The notes: a model not told the origin generated them from the sequence alone. A stretch of DNA of 64,000 nucleotides from Trichormus sp. ATA11-4-KO1 (GCA_019358915.1 JAHHIM010000001.1:160001-224000), one strand, 5' to 3'; counted from the first letter of the stretch, positions 20,471 through 30,203 are shown. Translations and numbers: made by a program.

Positions 20471-20920
20471 ATGTTGAGACTGAAACTTCCGCCTAATTTT
20501 TGGAGCTTCCGTTCCAAGCAACTGCGACGATTCCTTGGTGGCTTGTTAGTCATGACCACGGCGATCGCCGCGATCGCGATTCAACAGCCTGCTATGGGTT
20601 TCTGGAACCAACCCCAAGGTGATAGTGTAATTTTCGGTAAACTTGCCGATACCCATCTATGGAATGGTATACCAGGAAAAGACTTGGTGAATAACGCTAA
20701 AGTCACCATCAACACCCTCCCACCCCAAACCACTCGTACTGATGAACAGGGTAACTTCTGGTTCAAAAACTTACCAGACGCTGATTATCTGCTCAAGGTA
20801 AAGTTACCTTACGAATCCAAGAAAGAGTACACCTTTAGAACTCAGGTTCATGGTAAGACAGGTGCATTCTTAGATGTGGCGATGGATGAGGCGCACAACC
20901 TCAAAGAAATCGATTACTAA
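20471..20920 (+). CDS. Secreted small protein with carboxypeptidase-regulatory-like (transthyretin-like) domain
   Basis: Signal peptide; AKVTI...TTRTDEQGNFWFKNLPDADYLLKV matches the TDxxGxFxFxxLxxGxY pattern. Confidence 0.7.
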   Translation: MLRLKLPPNFWSFRSKQLRRFLGGLLVMTTAIAAIAIQQPAMGFWNQPQGDSVIFGKLADTHLWNGIPGKDLVNNAKVTINTLPPQTTRTDEQGNFWFKNLPDADYLLKVKLPYESKKEYTFRTQVHGKTGAFLDVAMDEAHNLKEIDY

Positions 20921-20934
20921 ATGCTTTGAGATGC

Positions 20935-20966
20935 AATTAGAGTAGGCGATCACGCTTACTCTAATT
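20935..20966 (+). terminator. Hairpin after the phoA operon
   Basis: AATTAGAGTAGGCG-atca-CGCTTACTCTAATT, followed by a T-rich tract. Confidence 0.55.
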
Positions 20967-20978
20967 CATTTCTTTAAT

Positions 20979-21050
20979 TAACGTGAATTTGATGAACCTG
21001 ACCCCAACCCCTCTCCGACACGGAGAGAGGCAAAAATCTCCCTGGTTTTC
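20979..21050 (-). mobile_element. Truncated copy of the 28141-28342 MITE (one end only)
   Basis: Near-identical to the reverse complement of about 28271-28342 (TAACGTGAATTtGATGAACCT...CTCTCCGACACGGAGAG...AAAATCTCCCT). Confidence 0.75.
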
Positions 21051-21127
21051 AATGAAGTCAAATGCACCCTAATTTATCGTATCTGGGACTTGCATAGATG
21101 GAAATAAAAACCAAAAATTTCTCTTTT

Positions 21128-21146
21128 ATTAATCTTTACTTAACCT
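21128..21146 (+). promoter_or_regulatory. Pho-box-like site in the long intergenic region
   Basis: ATTAATCT-tta-CTTAACCT-aaa, containing one exact consensus unit. Confidence 0.55.
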
Positions 21147-22108
21147 AAATTATTCACAGTGGATGGGAAAGTTAAATTAGTTTAATCAAATTAACTCAAA
21201 AATTAATACATACGTTTGCTTACTTATTTGGAAATAATAATTAATATTTACAACCTTAATTAAAATTTTATTAGTTTTTCTTGATTGTATTGAAGTTTAC
21301 TCGAATATTTTTAATCTTTATAAATCACACACAGTTAATCTAACTATTATTTTGTTGAATCTAATACGAAAAATCGCCCTAATACCCTAAATTCGCAAGA
21401 GATAACTAACTGATTTTCCACCAATGAAAAGGATTTTGGACTTTTAAATAAGTACTCAGATAGAATTAATTACACACATTATTTTCCTATTCTCTGTTTC
21501 CATAAACGAATTTAATTTTGCCCAACTGCTTATATTGACTTTAATCAAGTAACTCTATAGATAAAGATTACCGTCTCTCAGATAAAATATCTAAAGTTAA
21601 GCTATTTTTAGCTAATTTATATTAAATAGTTTAAACATAACTACTAAAAAGTAAATTTTAAACCCCTTGTCGTATAAGGGTTTGATGTTTTTGATATCAT
21701 TTTTTTTCTTTCATTTATTGTGGGTGTGTAATCGCGCAAAGAGCGATTATATCTTGCACCAGCAGCAAAAACCGCCTGATGTTAGAAACATAGGGCTGCA
21801 AATCAAAGGTTTTTTTAGAGGACTAAATCTCTGGGCTATTAGCCAAAAAACAAATTTCTTGGCGGAAGTTTGGGCAAGTGCAATATTAAAGCTAAGTAAT
21901 TTATAACTAACAACACCAATCTAGTGAATTTTTTATTTAAATTTCAAAAAAAAATGAAATGTTTACTTTATTTTCATTTTAAAATAAGGTTAAATGCAGT
22001 TAGTTGATTGCTGGAATAAGTTGTTATTTTCAATTGATTTTTAACTACTTGACTAAGTAATTGCTTTTAAGTAATATAACTCTGTCATAAGATTTACGCA
22101 CTGCAAGT

Positions 22109-22147
22109 TTTAACCGAAACTTAACCTAAATTGTGCTTAAGTATAAT
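22109..22147 (+). promoter_or_regulatory. Pho box plus -10 element upstream of the 140-aa secreted protein
   Basis: TTTAACCG-aaa-CTTAACCT-aaa followed by TATAAT at 22142-22147. Confidence 0.7.
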
Positions 22148-22316
22148 GTTATTTCACTTCAGATACTGAAGAGTAACCACACCTTAAACTCAACAAACTC
22201 TGTTGACTAAATCACTTGCTCTAACAGTAACTGAGATAGTGAAATTGCTCACAGCACAGATGCAAGATGCGTACATCACAAGTACATTGAAGTTTAAATA
22301 ACAGGAATAGAAGTCG

Positions 22317-22739
22317 ATGAAATTCAACAAAAAAGTAGCGATCGCGTTAGTTGCAGTTTCTGCTAGTGTATTTGGCTTCGGTTCTGTAGCCTCTGCTGGT
22401 GAAGGCGGCGCGGCTGGAGCTGTAGCAGCTACACTTGACGCTAATGGTTTGGTAACTGAACTAGCTGCTGCTGGTGCTGTTGGTAAAAATGATGCAGCTG
22501 CTGTAGCTACCGGTAACTTTGGTATTGTCTCAGCTTCTGCTTTGGGTAGCGCTGGTGTAATCGAATTACTCAGTGATAACGGATTTTATTCCTTCTCAGA
22601 CTCCGATTTCTCTGAAAGCGAAGTTTACAACAACGTTACTATCTCAGGTAGCGCAGATACTGCTTTAGGAGAAAGCCAAGCTAACTCTATTGCTACCTTT
22701 ACCGAAACTCCTATCGGATCTATTGAAACCGGATTCTAA
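22317..22739 (+). CDS. Secreted Gly/Ala/Ser-rich acidic small protein, function unknown
   Basis: Sec signal MKFNKK-hydrophobic-ASA, giving a mature N-terminus GEGGAAGA. AGGA RBS. Codons are strongly biased to GCT/GGT/TCT/ACT/AAC/TTC. Confidence 0.85.
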   Translation: MKFNKKVAIALVAVSASVFGFGSVASAGEGGAAGAVAATLDANGLVTELAAAGAVGKNDAAAVATGNFGIVSASALGSAGVIELLSDNGFYSFSDSDFSESEVYNNVTISGSADTALGESQANSIATFTETPIGSIETGF

Positions 22740-22866
22740 TTTGTCAATAACTTACAAGTTCAAGAAGATGATTAGGGCTTCAAGAATGTAAACCCATTAA
22801 TATCAGGATTCAGACTGATAAAGGGCTAAAATTCTATCTACCCTAAAATCTTGAGTGTTTATCTGT

Positions 22867-22893
22867 TAGAGACACGATTGCCGCGTGTCTCTA
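22867..22893. repeat. Palindromic hairpin between the small secreted gene and the beta-barrel gene
   Basis: TAGAGACACG-attgccg-CGTGTCTCTA. Confidence 0.6.
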
Positions 22894-23021
22894 GCTTATT
22901 ATATCAATGAAAAAAATTTATCAACAGGCTAAACGTCAAATAATAGCAATAGCACGTTAATACGATTCTCTACATAAGAAAAATTCCTAACTTTTAACAG
23001 TAAATTTTGAATCCTTGTTAA

Positions 23022-23216
23022 GTAAGTAGGCAGTCATAAATCAAATCAGATTAAGCAATACAAAATTATTTAAACTAGTTTTTAGTAAGGGCTTTAGCCC
23101 TTTTTATAAAGCCCTGCGGGCATGGCTGCGCTTACCGCGCAACTTCCCGTTGGTGCAGCCTCTCTGCGAGACACTATGCGAACACTACAAATGTGTACTT
23201 ATTTACGCCGACTTAC
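23022..23216. mobile_element. Degenerate MITE-like element with nested small repeats
   Basis: Ends GTAAGTAGGC... / ...ATTTACGCCGACTTAC resemble the TIRs of 50625-50755. GC-rich inserts at about 23109-23183 sit in an AT-rich background. Confidence 0.45.
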
Positions 23217-23227
23217 AACTATTTATT

Positions 23228-25633
23228 ATGATTCGGCTTAACAAAAACTTAAAGCTTGTATTTGTATTATTGTTTAGCACATCAACAATATTTTTTTCCA
23301 AAACAGCCTGTGCTAGGATACAAGAAAATACAACAAAATTAAATAATTCAAATAGTGCTAGTAAATTAGAATTTTCAAAAACTTCTGAAAAAAAGAATAA
23401 TTCTTTACTAATTGCTGACCTAGAACCTTTAGATATTTCGCCAGAATCAGAAATAGCACCCCTAGCTTATGTTCTGGATGATATCGAAAACACAAAGGTG
23501 GCAGATTTAGTACAAAAGAATATAAAATTTAAGTCTTGTACTCCTCAAATCATCAAACAAGCTAAATTTACAGAAATATCAGATTTAGAACAACAAAATA
23601 ATCATTCTCAACCTTGTAATCCTCATATAATTCAATTAGCAGAATCTACTACTAAACAAATTGACCCACAACCTCAAGTTGATGAACTTGATATTAACCC
23701 AATATCTCCAATTCAAAAGCCTCCACAAGCAGACAAAAACTATATCATCCCGCCTAGACTTGCTGATAAGAAAAAAATACGCCCACTAACAACTACAATT
23801 CCACTAAATGGTATACTAATCAACCATTTAACTGAAAGACAATTAACTGTAGGTGCAGGCTTTGGTGATAATCAAAATACTACTTTTAATGTGAATGGGA
23901 TTATCAACCTTAATAGCCAAATTAAAGAAAATTTGACAACAAATAATATTTTCACCGTAGACCAAACTGGAGAGTACTTGCAACTACAAACAGTGAGAAA
24001 AAGCAGAGAAATCACTGTTAGTGTCAGAGAACCCCAGACTGTATTGGGTACAGAACTACAATTAAGCTTAACTGCTTCCTGTATTTTGCCGGGTACTAAC
24101 CCAGAAGATATATGCACATATACTCCTGGCTTAGTATCTGCCGATATCAATCCTGATACCTTCACACCAACTCGGATTAACCAAACTAGTAACGTTGGTG
24201 ATGTAGTGACAGCCGAAACATTAGCAGCAATTCAACAGCCTGGTTTTCAATCAGGAGCAAATGGTCAAGAGATTGGGATAGATTTATTATTACCTAATAC
24301 AGGTTCATTTGTGGGTAATAGTACAGGAAACCAACTTTCTATTACTAGAAGAGAAGAAATAGAAAATACACCCACAGCAATTTATTCTAGAATTAGGCAA
24401 ATTGTCAAAGTCAACGACCGCGAAGCTGTTTTAGGGCGCACAATACGCGGTTTTGGAATAATTCTCAATGACGATAATACTTTATTAAATACAGCCTTGC
24501 AAATAGGATATAATTTGTTTCCAGATGTTGAACCTAGTATTGCAGGCTCATCGAATCGAGTTAACTCAAATGTAAACAACAATTTGTTTTTAGCTGCGAA
24601 TAATATCCGGCTACCTGCTAATAGTTTTACTGCTTATTATGGAGGAATCGGACGCGCGCAAAGTGTTCCTCCCAAAGCAACAAATTTAAGGCAAGTACCT
24701 GCTGCTAATTTTAATGGTATCTGGCTAGGTGCGTCGCCTGTAATCAAACGTAGTTCTAATATTAATACTCGGTTTGAACAAGTTGGCCCTCCAACAATTG
24801 TATCTGAGGGCGGTGGAGAAGGGGGATTTGACTCTAATATAAGTTTTGTTTCTAATATTAATAATCAAAATTTTTCTACAGCAAATTTGCAAAATTTTCA
24901 TACTCAAGTCTACGTTACAATTTTAAACCAAGAAGTTAATAATGTAACAGCTAGTAGATTTAGGGAAGAAACCAATTATGCACCGCATCTTAGTTTCACT
25001 GGAAATATTACTAGGACAAGCGATGTTTTAAGATATTACACAGGTGTAATAGGTGCAGATGAAATTAAAATTTATGGCGGGGCAGATTTTACCAGAAATA
25101 CTGCAAATGGCTGGACTTTTTCTGGAGGTTTAACGGGTTATATTAATCCAGATGCTGACTACTATAGTCAAGTAATAGGTAGTGTTACTAGACGTATATC
25201 TTTTAGTAGAAATAATAACTTGATGCTATCAACTGCGTTTAATTATGCTTTGGATAGAGAAACTCGTCCCAATGATTTTGTAAATTCACTTACATTCAGA
25301 GCAAGAGTGAATTTAGGTAATGTTTGGTTTGGTTTAACCAACTTTTTTGGAGATATTATACCTGATTCTATTAATAATACTCTGGTAACAAGTTTCGGCA
25401 TTCAAGTTAATAGAAACTTGGCGTTATCAGGCTATTATACTCCTATAAATGAAAATGCCGGACGCTCTGTCTATGGTGCCTCAGCAAGATTTACACTCGG
25501 TAAAAATCAGAATAGCCCAGTACTCAGCTTGTCTTGGAGAAATAATCAGTTTGACAATGGCACAGATATTTTTGGCAATGGATTAGGGACAAGTGAGAAT
25601 GTGTTCAGCGTGTTTTTGCAAGGTAATTTTTGA
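23228..25633 (+). CDS. Large exported protein with predicted C-terminal outer-membrane beta-barrel
   Basis: ATG 23228 is followed by a signal peptide ending ACA and a low-complexity linker. The C-terminal ~230 aa has alternating aromatic/polar strands (GWTFSGGLTGY, LTFRARVNL, YGASARFTL) and ends FSVFLQGNF with a terminal Phe. Confidence 0.75.
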   Translation: MIRLNKNLKLVFVLLFSTSTIFFSKTACARIQENTTKLNNSNSASKLEFSKTSEKKNNSLLIADLEPLDISPESEIAPLAYVLDDIENTKVADLVQKNIKFKSCTPQIIKQAKFTEISDLEQQNNHSQPCNPHIIQLAESTTKQIDPQPQVDELDINPISPIQKPPQADKNYIIPPRLADKKKIRPLTTTIPLNGILINHLTERQLTVGAGFGDNQNTTFNVNGIINLNSQIKENLTTNNIFTVDQTGEYLQLQTVRKSREITVSVREPQTVLGTELQLSLTASCILPGTNPEDICTYTPGLVSADINPDTFTPTRINQTSNVGDVVTAETLAAIQQPGFQSGANGQEIGIDLLLPNTGSFVGNSTGNQLSITRREEIENTPTAIYSRIRQIVKVNDREAVLGRTIRGFGIILNDDNTLLNTALQIGYNLFPDVEPSIAGSSNRVNSNVNNNLFLAANNIRLPANSFTAYYGGIGRAQSVPPKATNLRQVPAANFNGIWLGASPVIKRSSNINTRFEQVGPPTIVSEGGGEGGFDSNISFVSNINNQNFSTANLQNFHTQVYVTILNQEVNNVTASRFREETNYAPHLSFTGNITRTSDVLRYYTGVIGADEIKIYGGADFTRNTANGWTFSGGLTGYINPDADYYSQVIGSVTRRISFSRNNNLMLSTAFNYALDRETRPNDFVNSLTFRARVNLGNVWFGLTNFFGDIIPDSINNTLVTSFGIQVNRNLALSGYYTPINENAGRSVYGASARFTLGKNQNSPVLSLSWRNNQFDNGTDIFGNGLGTSENVFSVFLQGNF

Positions 25634-25850
25634 TGTGGACTTCCTGAAAATGATTTGCTGAATGTGAGTTTTAGGTGTTGCACAAGGATAAATCATATAG
25701 GAGAAATTAGAAAGTTAGTTGAGTATTTTTTGTTACTTAGCAAAATTATTTGAGATTAATGAGAAAATAGGATAATTTTTAAAGCAAATATACATAGGTT
25801 AGTTAGATATAATAATGACTCATTCTTTGTTTTTCTAACTGGAGAAACCA

Positions 25851-27053
25851 ATGGGTCGCGCCAAAAAGGTTGTTCTGGCATATTCTGGCGGAGTAGATAC
25901 CTCAGTTTGCATTCCCTATCTCAAAAATGAGTGGGGTGTAGAAGAGGTAATTACCCTCGCAGCAGATTTAGGTCAGGGAGATGAATTAGAGCCAATCCGA
26001 GAAAAAGCTCTAAAATCGGGTGCTAGTGAGTCCTTAGTGGCTGATGTTAAAGATAGTTTTGTGAAAGATTACGCCTTTCTGGCGATTCAAGCAAATGCCC
26101 TCTATGAAAATCGCTATCCTCTAGGAACTGCCCTTGCTCGTCCATTAATTGCCAAAGTATTAGTAGAAGCTGCCCATAAATACGGTGCTGATGCGATCGC
26201 TCACGGTTGCACTGGTAAGGGTAATGATCAAGTCCGCTTTGATGTCTCCTGTGCTGCACTTGATCCCCATCTCAAGATCCTTGCACCAGCAAGAGAATGG
26301 GGAATGAGCCGTGAGGAAACCATCGCCTACGGTGAGCAATTTGGCATCCCCGTACCAGTGAAAAAATCTTCTCCCTATAGCATTGATAAAAATTTACTTG
26401 GGCGCAGTATAGAAGCTGGTGTACTGGAAGATCCAGCAGCTGAGCCACCAGAAGAAATTTATGAAATGACCAAGGCGATCGCTAATACCCCCAATGAGCC
26501 AGAGTATATCGAAATCGGTTTTCAAGGAGGTATTCCTACAAGTCTCAACGGTACATCTAAAAATCCAGTAGAACTGATTGCAACGCTCAATCAGATGGCT
26601 GGAAATCATGGCATTGGGCGGATCGACATGATAGAAAACCGCTTGGTAGGGATTAAATCCAGGGAAATCTATGAATCACCCGCGATGTTAGTGCTAATTC
26701 AGGCACACCGGGATTTAGAAAGCCTGACTTTGACAGCAGATGTCAGCCACTACAAGCGGGGTATTGAAGAAACTTATACCCAAATTGTTTACAACGGTCT
26801 TTGGTACAGTCCACTCAAAGGCGCACTCGATGCCTTTATTCAAAAGACACAAGAACGAGTTGTGGGAACTGTACGAGTGAAACTTTTCAAAGGTAACGCC
26901 ACCATAGTCGGGCGTTGGAGCGATAATTCACTTTACAGCCCTGACTTAGCAACCTACGGATCTGAAGACCAATTTGATCACAAGGCGGCTGAAGGCTTTA
27001 TTTACGTTTGGGGATTACCAACTCGCATTTGGGCACAGCAAGTGAGAAGTTAG
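25851..27053 (+). CDS. argG: Argininosuccinate synthase
   Basis: [25 protein letters not shown] and [14 protein letters not shown] motifs. Confidence 0.98.
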   Translation: MGRAKKVVLAYSGGVDTSVCIPYLKNEWGVEEVITLAADLGQGDELEPIREKALKSGASESLVADVKDSFVKDYAFLAIQANALYENRYPLGTALARPLIAKVLVEAAHKYGADAIAHGCTGKGNDQVRFDVSCAALDPHLKILAPAREWGMSREETIAYGEQFGIPVPVKKSSPYSIDKNLLGRSIEAGVLEDPAAEPPEEIYEMTKAIANTPNEPEYIEIGFQGGIPTSLNGTSKNPVELIATLNQMAGNHGIGRIDMIENRLVGIKSREIYESPAMLVLIQAHRDLESLTLTADVSHYKRGIEETYTQIVYNGLWYSPLKGALDAFIQKTQERVVGTVRVKLFKGNATIVGRWSDNSLYSPDLATYGSEDQFDHKAAEGFIYVWGLPTRIWAQQVRS

Positions 27054-27077
27054 GGAGTGAGGGAGTGGGGAGTGGGG

Positions 27078-27250
27078 TAGGGCTGTTTCATTCGCTTGTG
27101 TTGGAGATTTGTCAAGAGGATAATCTCACGCAAAGGCGCAAAGACGCAAAGAAAAATCAGGTATTTCGGACTGAAGATGCCAAAATTTTTGGTCTTAATT
27201 GTGGATTTGCCCTTGCAATTTTAACCCTTTTAGGGAACGAATCAGCCCTG
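27078..27250 (+). mobile_element. 173-bp MITE, copy 1
   Basis: TIRs YAGGGCTGTTTCATTC / GAACGAATCAGCCCTG; near-identical copies at 34324-34496 and 42527-42699. Confidence 0.9.
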
Positions 27251-27325
27251 GGGGGATGGGGGGATGGGGGGATGGAGAGAAAGTTTGGCTTTAATTTTTC
27301 TTGTCCCCTTGTCCCCTTGTCCCGA

Positions 27326-27955
27326 TTATTCTTCGGCTACATGCTTAACTTGGCGAGATTCCCACCACAGGGGTATGGCAATTAAAGCCACAAGGATTAG
27401 TAAGGCCGCGATCGCAAACTCACTTACCCAAGCAACCAATTGTTCCAGGGAGACAACTCTGCCAGCAAAAAAAGCTAACGTCACCATTACACTCGCCCAA
27501 GCGCTTGCTCCTGCTAAGTTATACACAAAGAATTTTCTGAAAGGCATTTCTGCTATACCTGCTAGTGGTGCAGCAAAAATCCGCAGCAATGCGAAAAAGC
27601 GACCAAAAAATACAGCCTTAGTGGCGTTTTGACTAAATTGTTCTTTAATATTCAGCAATCGTGCTTCGGAAATCCGAAAGATTTTACCTACTTGCAGTAA
27701 GAAAGGCCAGCCACCCAGTTTACCAATCCAATATCCACAAGCACCCCCAATGACAGCACCTGCAACAGCATCACCAAGAACTAACCAGTAACTCAGTTCA
27801 TCACTGCCAGCAAGAAACCCACCCACCAGGGTTACGGTTTCACCAGGAAGGGGAATGCCCAAATTTTCTAGCAAAATTCCCAAAAAAATTGCCCAGTAAC
27901 CATACTGGTGGGCAAATTCTTGGATGTTTTCTAGTGAAATCAGCTCAAGAGACAT
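27326..27955 (-). CDS. DedA family membrane protein
   Basis: LENLGIPLPGE, GYWIG and FFGRFFALLR...AG motifs. Confidence 0.92.
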   Translation of the reverse strand: MSLELISLENIQEFAHQYGYWAIFLGILLENLGIPLPGETVTLVGGFLAGSDELSYWLVLGDAVAGAVIGGACGYWIGKLGGWPFLLQVGKIFRISEARLLNIKEQFSQNATKAVFFGRFFALLRIFAAPLAGIAEMPFRKFFVYNLAGASAWASVMVTLAFFAGRVVSLEQLVAWVSEFAIAALLILVALIAIPLWWESRQVKHVAEE

Positions 27956-28140
27956 CCCGCACCGCCACCTTTACAATTTTTTACCTTTCATATATCTTGA
28001 CTCTTCTATGGTTGAGGTGTCAATCAAGAAAGTGCTGAGTGCCTTTCTGAGTGCTGAGTGCTGAGTAGGGGAGCAGTAATATTAATTTTTGGAGTTACCT
28101 AACATAAGTTTTTTCTCCTCTGCCCCATGCTCAACTTAAA

Positions 28141-28342
28141 TAACGTGAGTTCGACAAGTGGAAAAAACCCCTCTCCAAACCTCTCCCCTGCCAGGAGGAG
28201 CCACTGCGTTGCGCGGGTTCCCCGCGTTGTAGCAAGTGGCGTAGAGGCTTTGAAACCTTGATTTTTAGTTCAAAACTAGGGAGATTTTTGCCCCTCTCCG
28301 TGTCGGAGAGGGGTTGGGGTGAGGTTCATCGAATTCACGTTA
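28141..28342. mobile_element. 202-bp MITE carrying a nested 46-bp palindromic element
   Basis: TIRs TAACGTGAGTTCGA / TCGAATTCACGTTA. The insert GGAGCCACTGCGTTGCGCGGGTTCCCCGCGTTGTAGCAAGTGGCGT at 28197-28242 splits the CCTCTCCCC...AGAGG hairpin. Confidence 0.75.
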
Positions 28343-28714
28343 AAGACTTAATTTTTCGTGTCTAGACTATCTATCTATTTAGATATTGACTATTGACTGT
28401 TCACCAGTTATTACCACAAATGCATACTTGCTCATACTAATCAATAAATTTTTATAAAAAATTTATAAGAATCCTATTTAAATATAAAATTTTCGTAAAA
28501 GATACGGTTGATACCGAAATCCTGAGGCGGTTATGCCTATATTTAGGAAAGTTAACATAAATTATACGACATGAATACTGAGGTCAATTATCTGCACAGC
28601 AGGGCTGTAAGTTACCAAATTTGTGAATAAAATGGCAATCTTGCTGTAGAAATTGAACTAGTATTGATGTTAAATTTCTGTTCTGTTGCGTGTTTCAACT
28701 ACTTAGTTAAATTC

Positions 28715-29068
28715 ATGACTATCTCACAAGAATTGCAAGTGGTTTTATTCAAGCCCCACGGCAGCATAGACTTGCAGGGTGGAATGACTTTGAGCGAGCA
28801 GATGGTTGAAGTAATGCCCCAACCTAATCAACTGTGGGTGATTGATTTATCAGAAGTGGATTTCATGGATAGCTCAGGATTAGTCCCTCTAATCAATGGA
28901 CTAACATCTGCACGTCAAAATGGTTGTCGCCTAGTTCTGTGCAACGTGCAAGCTCCGGTAAAATTAATTTTGGAACTGACCCAACTAGACTCTGTGTTTG
29001 AAATTTTCGATACTTACGAGGATATTTTTACCAACACTAATGATGCAAATCTAGCGATCGCCAGCTAA
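28715..29068 (+). CDS. STAS-domain anti-sigma-factor antagonist
   Basis: IDLSEVDFMDSSGL with the phosphorylatable Ser, and LELTQLDSVF. Confidence 0.9.
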   Translation: MTISQELQVVLFKPHGSIDLQGGMTLSEQMVEVMPQPNQLWVIDLSEVDFMDSSGLVPLINGLTSARQNGCRLVLCNVQAPVKLILELTQLDSVFEIFDTYEDIFTNTNDANLAIAS

Positions 29069-29446
29069 TTTACCCACCTAATATGGTGATCGCCGGAAAT
29101 AGTTGTAATTTTCATAATTATCCCCAGTTCCTTATTATCGCCTGCGATCGCCGTCTCATGCTATCAGAATAGAAATGTAGTGAGGTCAAGTAATAAGCAG
29201 TATCGATAGCATGGTGCTGACGCTAGCTCAAGCAGCAATCACAAATTGCACACACCAAAACTCATGAAAAAGAGGTTAGGAACTGGGGACTAGTATTTTT
29301 TTATCAGCACAGACTATAAGCCCGACTATACCCGTAGGGCTTTACAGCAATTAGTTTAATAAATGTTACCAGAATAAACCACTTACTTTAGGAAGTGGTT
29401 TATTATTTTGAGTATTTTGTGCCCTTTACAGTGGGCAATCTCCAAA

Positions 29447-30007
29447 TTAAGCGTTTTGCACAGTAGAAATATTATTTTGGTCAGATTCTGGGCGAGGAAA
29501 ATTCGGCAAATCAATGCCACTATGACTAGCAGTGCGGGTTTTTATTGCCAAACGGTAGCTCACACTTTGCAGTTCCGCCTGAAGCTTGCGGTTTTCCCGT
29601 TGTAACATTGCCACTTTTTCTCTGACTGGAGCCATGCGCTCCTCAAACTTACGACGGTAAATTTGAGGTAATTCCTGTACTACTTGCTCCAACATCCGAC
29701 TGCGATCGGTTAGTTCTTGCACTGACTGCCTTAGTTGGTAAATTTCGGCATCACGAGTGGTAATTTGCTCTTGGTAGAATGTTACCTGCTGCTCAACAGC
29801 TTGCAATTGTTCTCGTAACGCCTGCAACTGACTTGTGTCTTGTTCAGGCTCAGAGCGTTGGGGCATAAAGTTAGTATTGCCCTTCACTAGCCGAAAGAGT
29901 TCTTGAGATAGCTGCTGCACTAATTGATCACGAAGCTGCAACTCTTGGCGCAGCTGTGATACTTCGGTAGAGAGAGCTTGGATGTTGGGTGTGTCAGTTT
30001 GGCTCAC
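29447..30007 (-). CDS. Coiled-coil protein (possibly Npun_F5560 family)
   Basis: Gln/Leu/Glu-rich heptad repeats throughout; GTG start; downstream of rpsF. The family name is from recall and is tentative. Confidence 0.7.
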   Translation of the reverse strand: MSQTDTPNIQALSTEVSQLRQELQLRDQLVQQLSQELFRLVKGNTNFMPQRSEPEQDTSQLQALREQLQAVEQQVTFYQEQITTRDAEIYQLRQSVQELTDRSRMLEQVVQELPQIYRRKFEERMAPVREKVAMLQRENRKLQAELQSVSYRLAIKTRTASHSGIDLPNFPRPESDQNNISTVQNA

Positions 30008-30203
30008 AGTGGCTTACAGCTCCCATTGACGAAATGCTTGTCGAATCTTAGGTATAACTGCGATAGTACTGCTTTTAGCAGGTACTTGTTAATTTAGCAT
30101 TCCCAACCAAATCTCGAAAAAGGCAAAAGGTAAAAAATTTTTTTGGATTTACTTTTATGAGTACTGAGTACTGAGTTAGAAAACTCAACACTCAGTACTT
30201 TCC

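Noticed and set aside
21757..21870. Possible c-di-GMP-I riboswitch (GCAAA...GAAA hairpin...GCAAA)
   Set aside because: The spacing and the second stem do not fit the consensus well. Kept only as an unspecified structured patch.
21667..21906. 79-aa ORF in the intergenic region
   Set aside because: TTG start, no RBS and no recognisable features; probably spurious.
27008..27385. ORFs at 27008-27385, 34276-34563 and 42324-42578 sharing peptide sequence
   Set aside because: They are read-throughs of the 173-bp MITE and flanking STRRs, not genes.
29157..29270. Possible sRNA downstream of the STAS gene (CATGCTATC/GATAGCATG inverted repeat)
   Set aside because: Only one short stem and no recognisable family motif; insufficient support.
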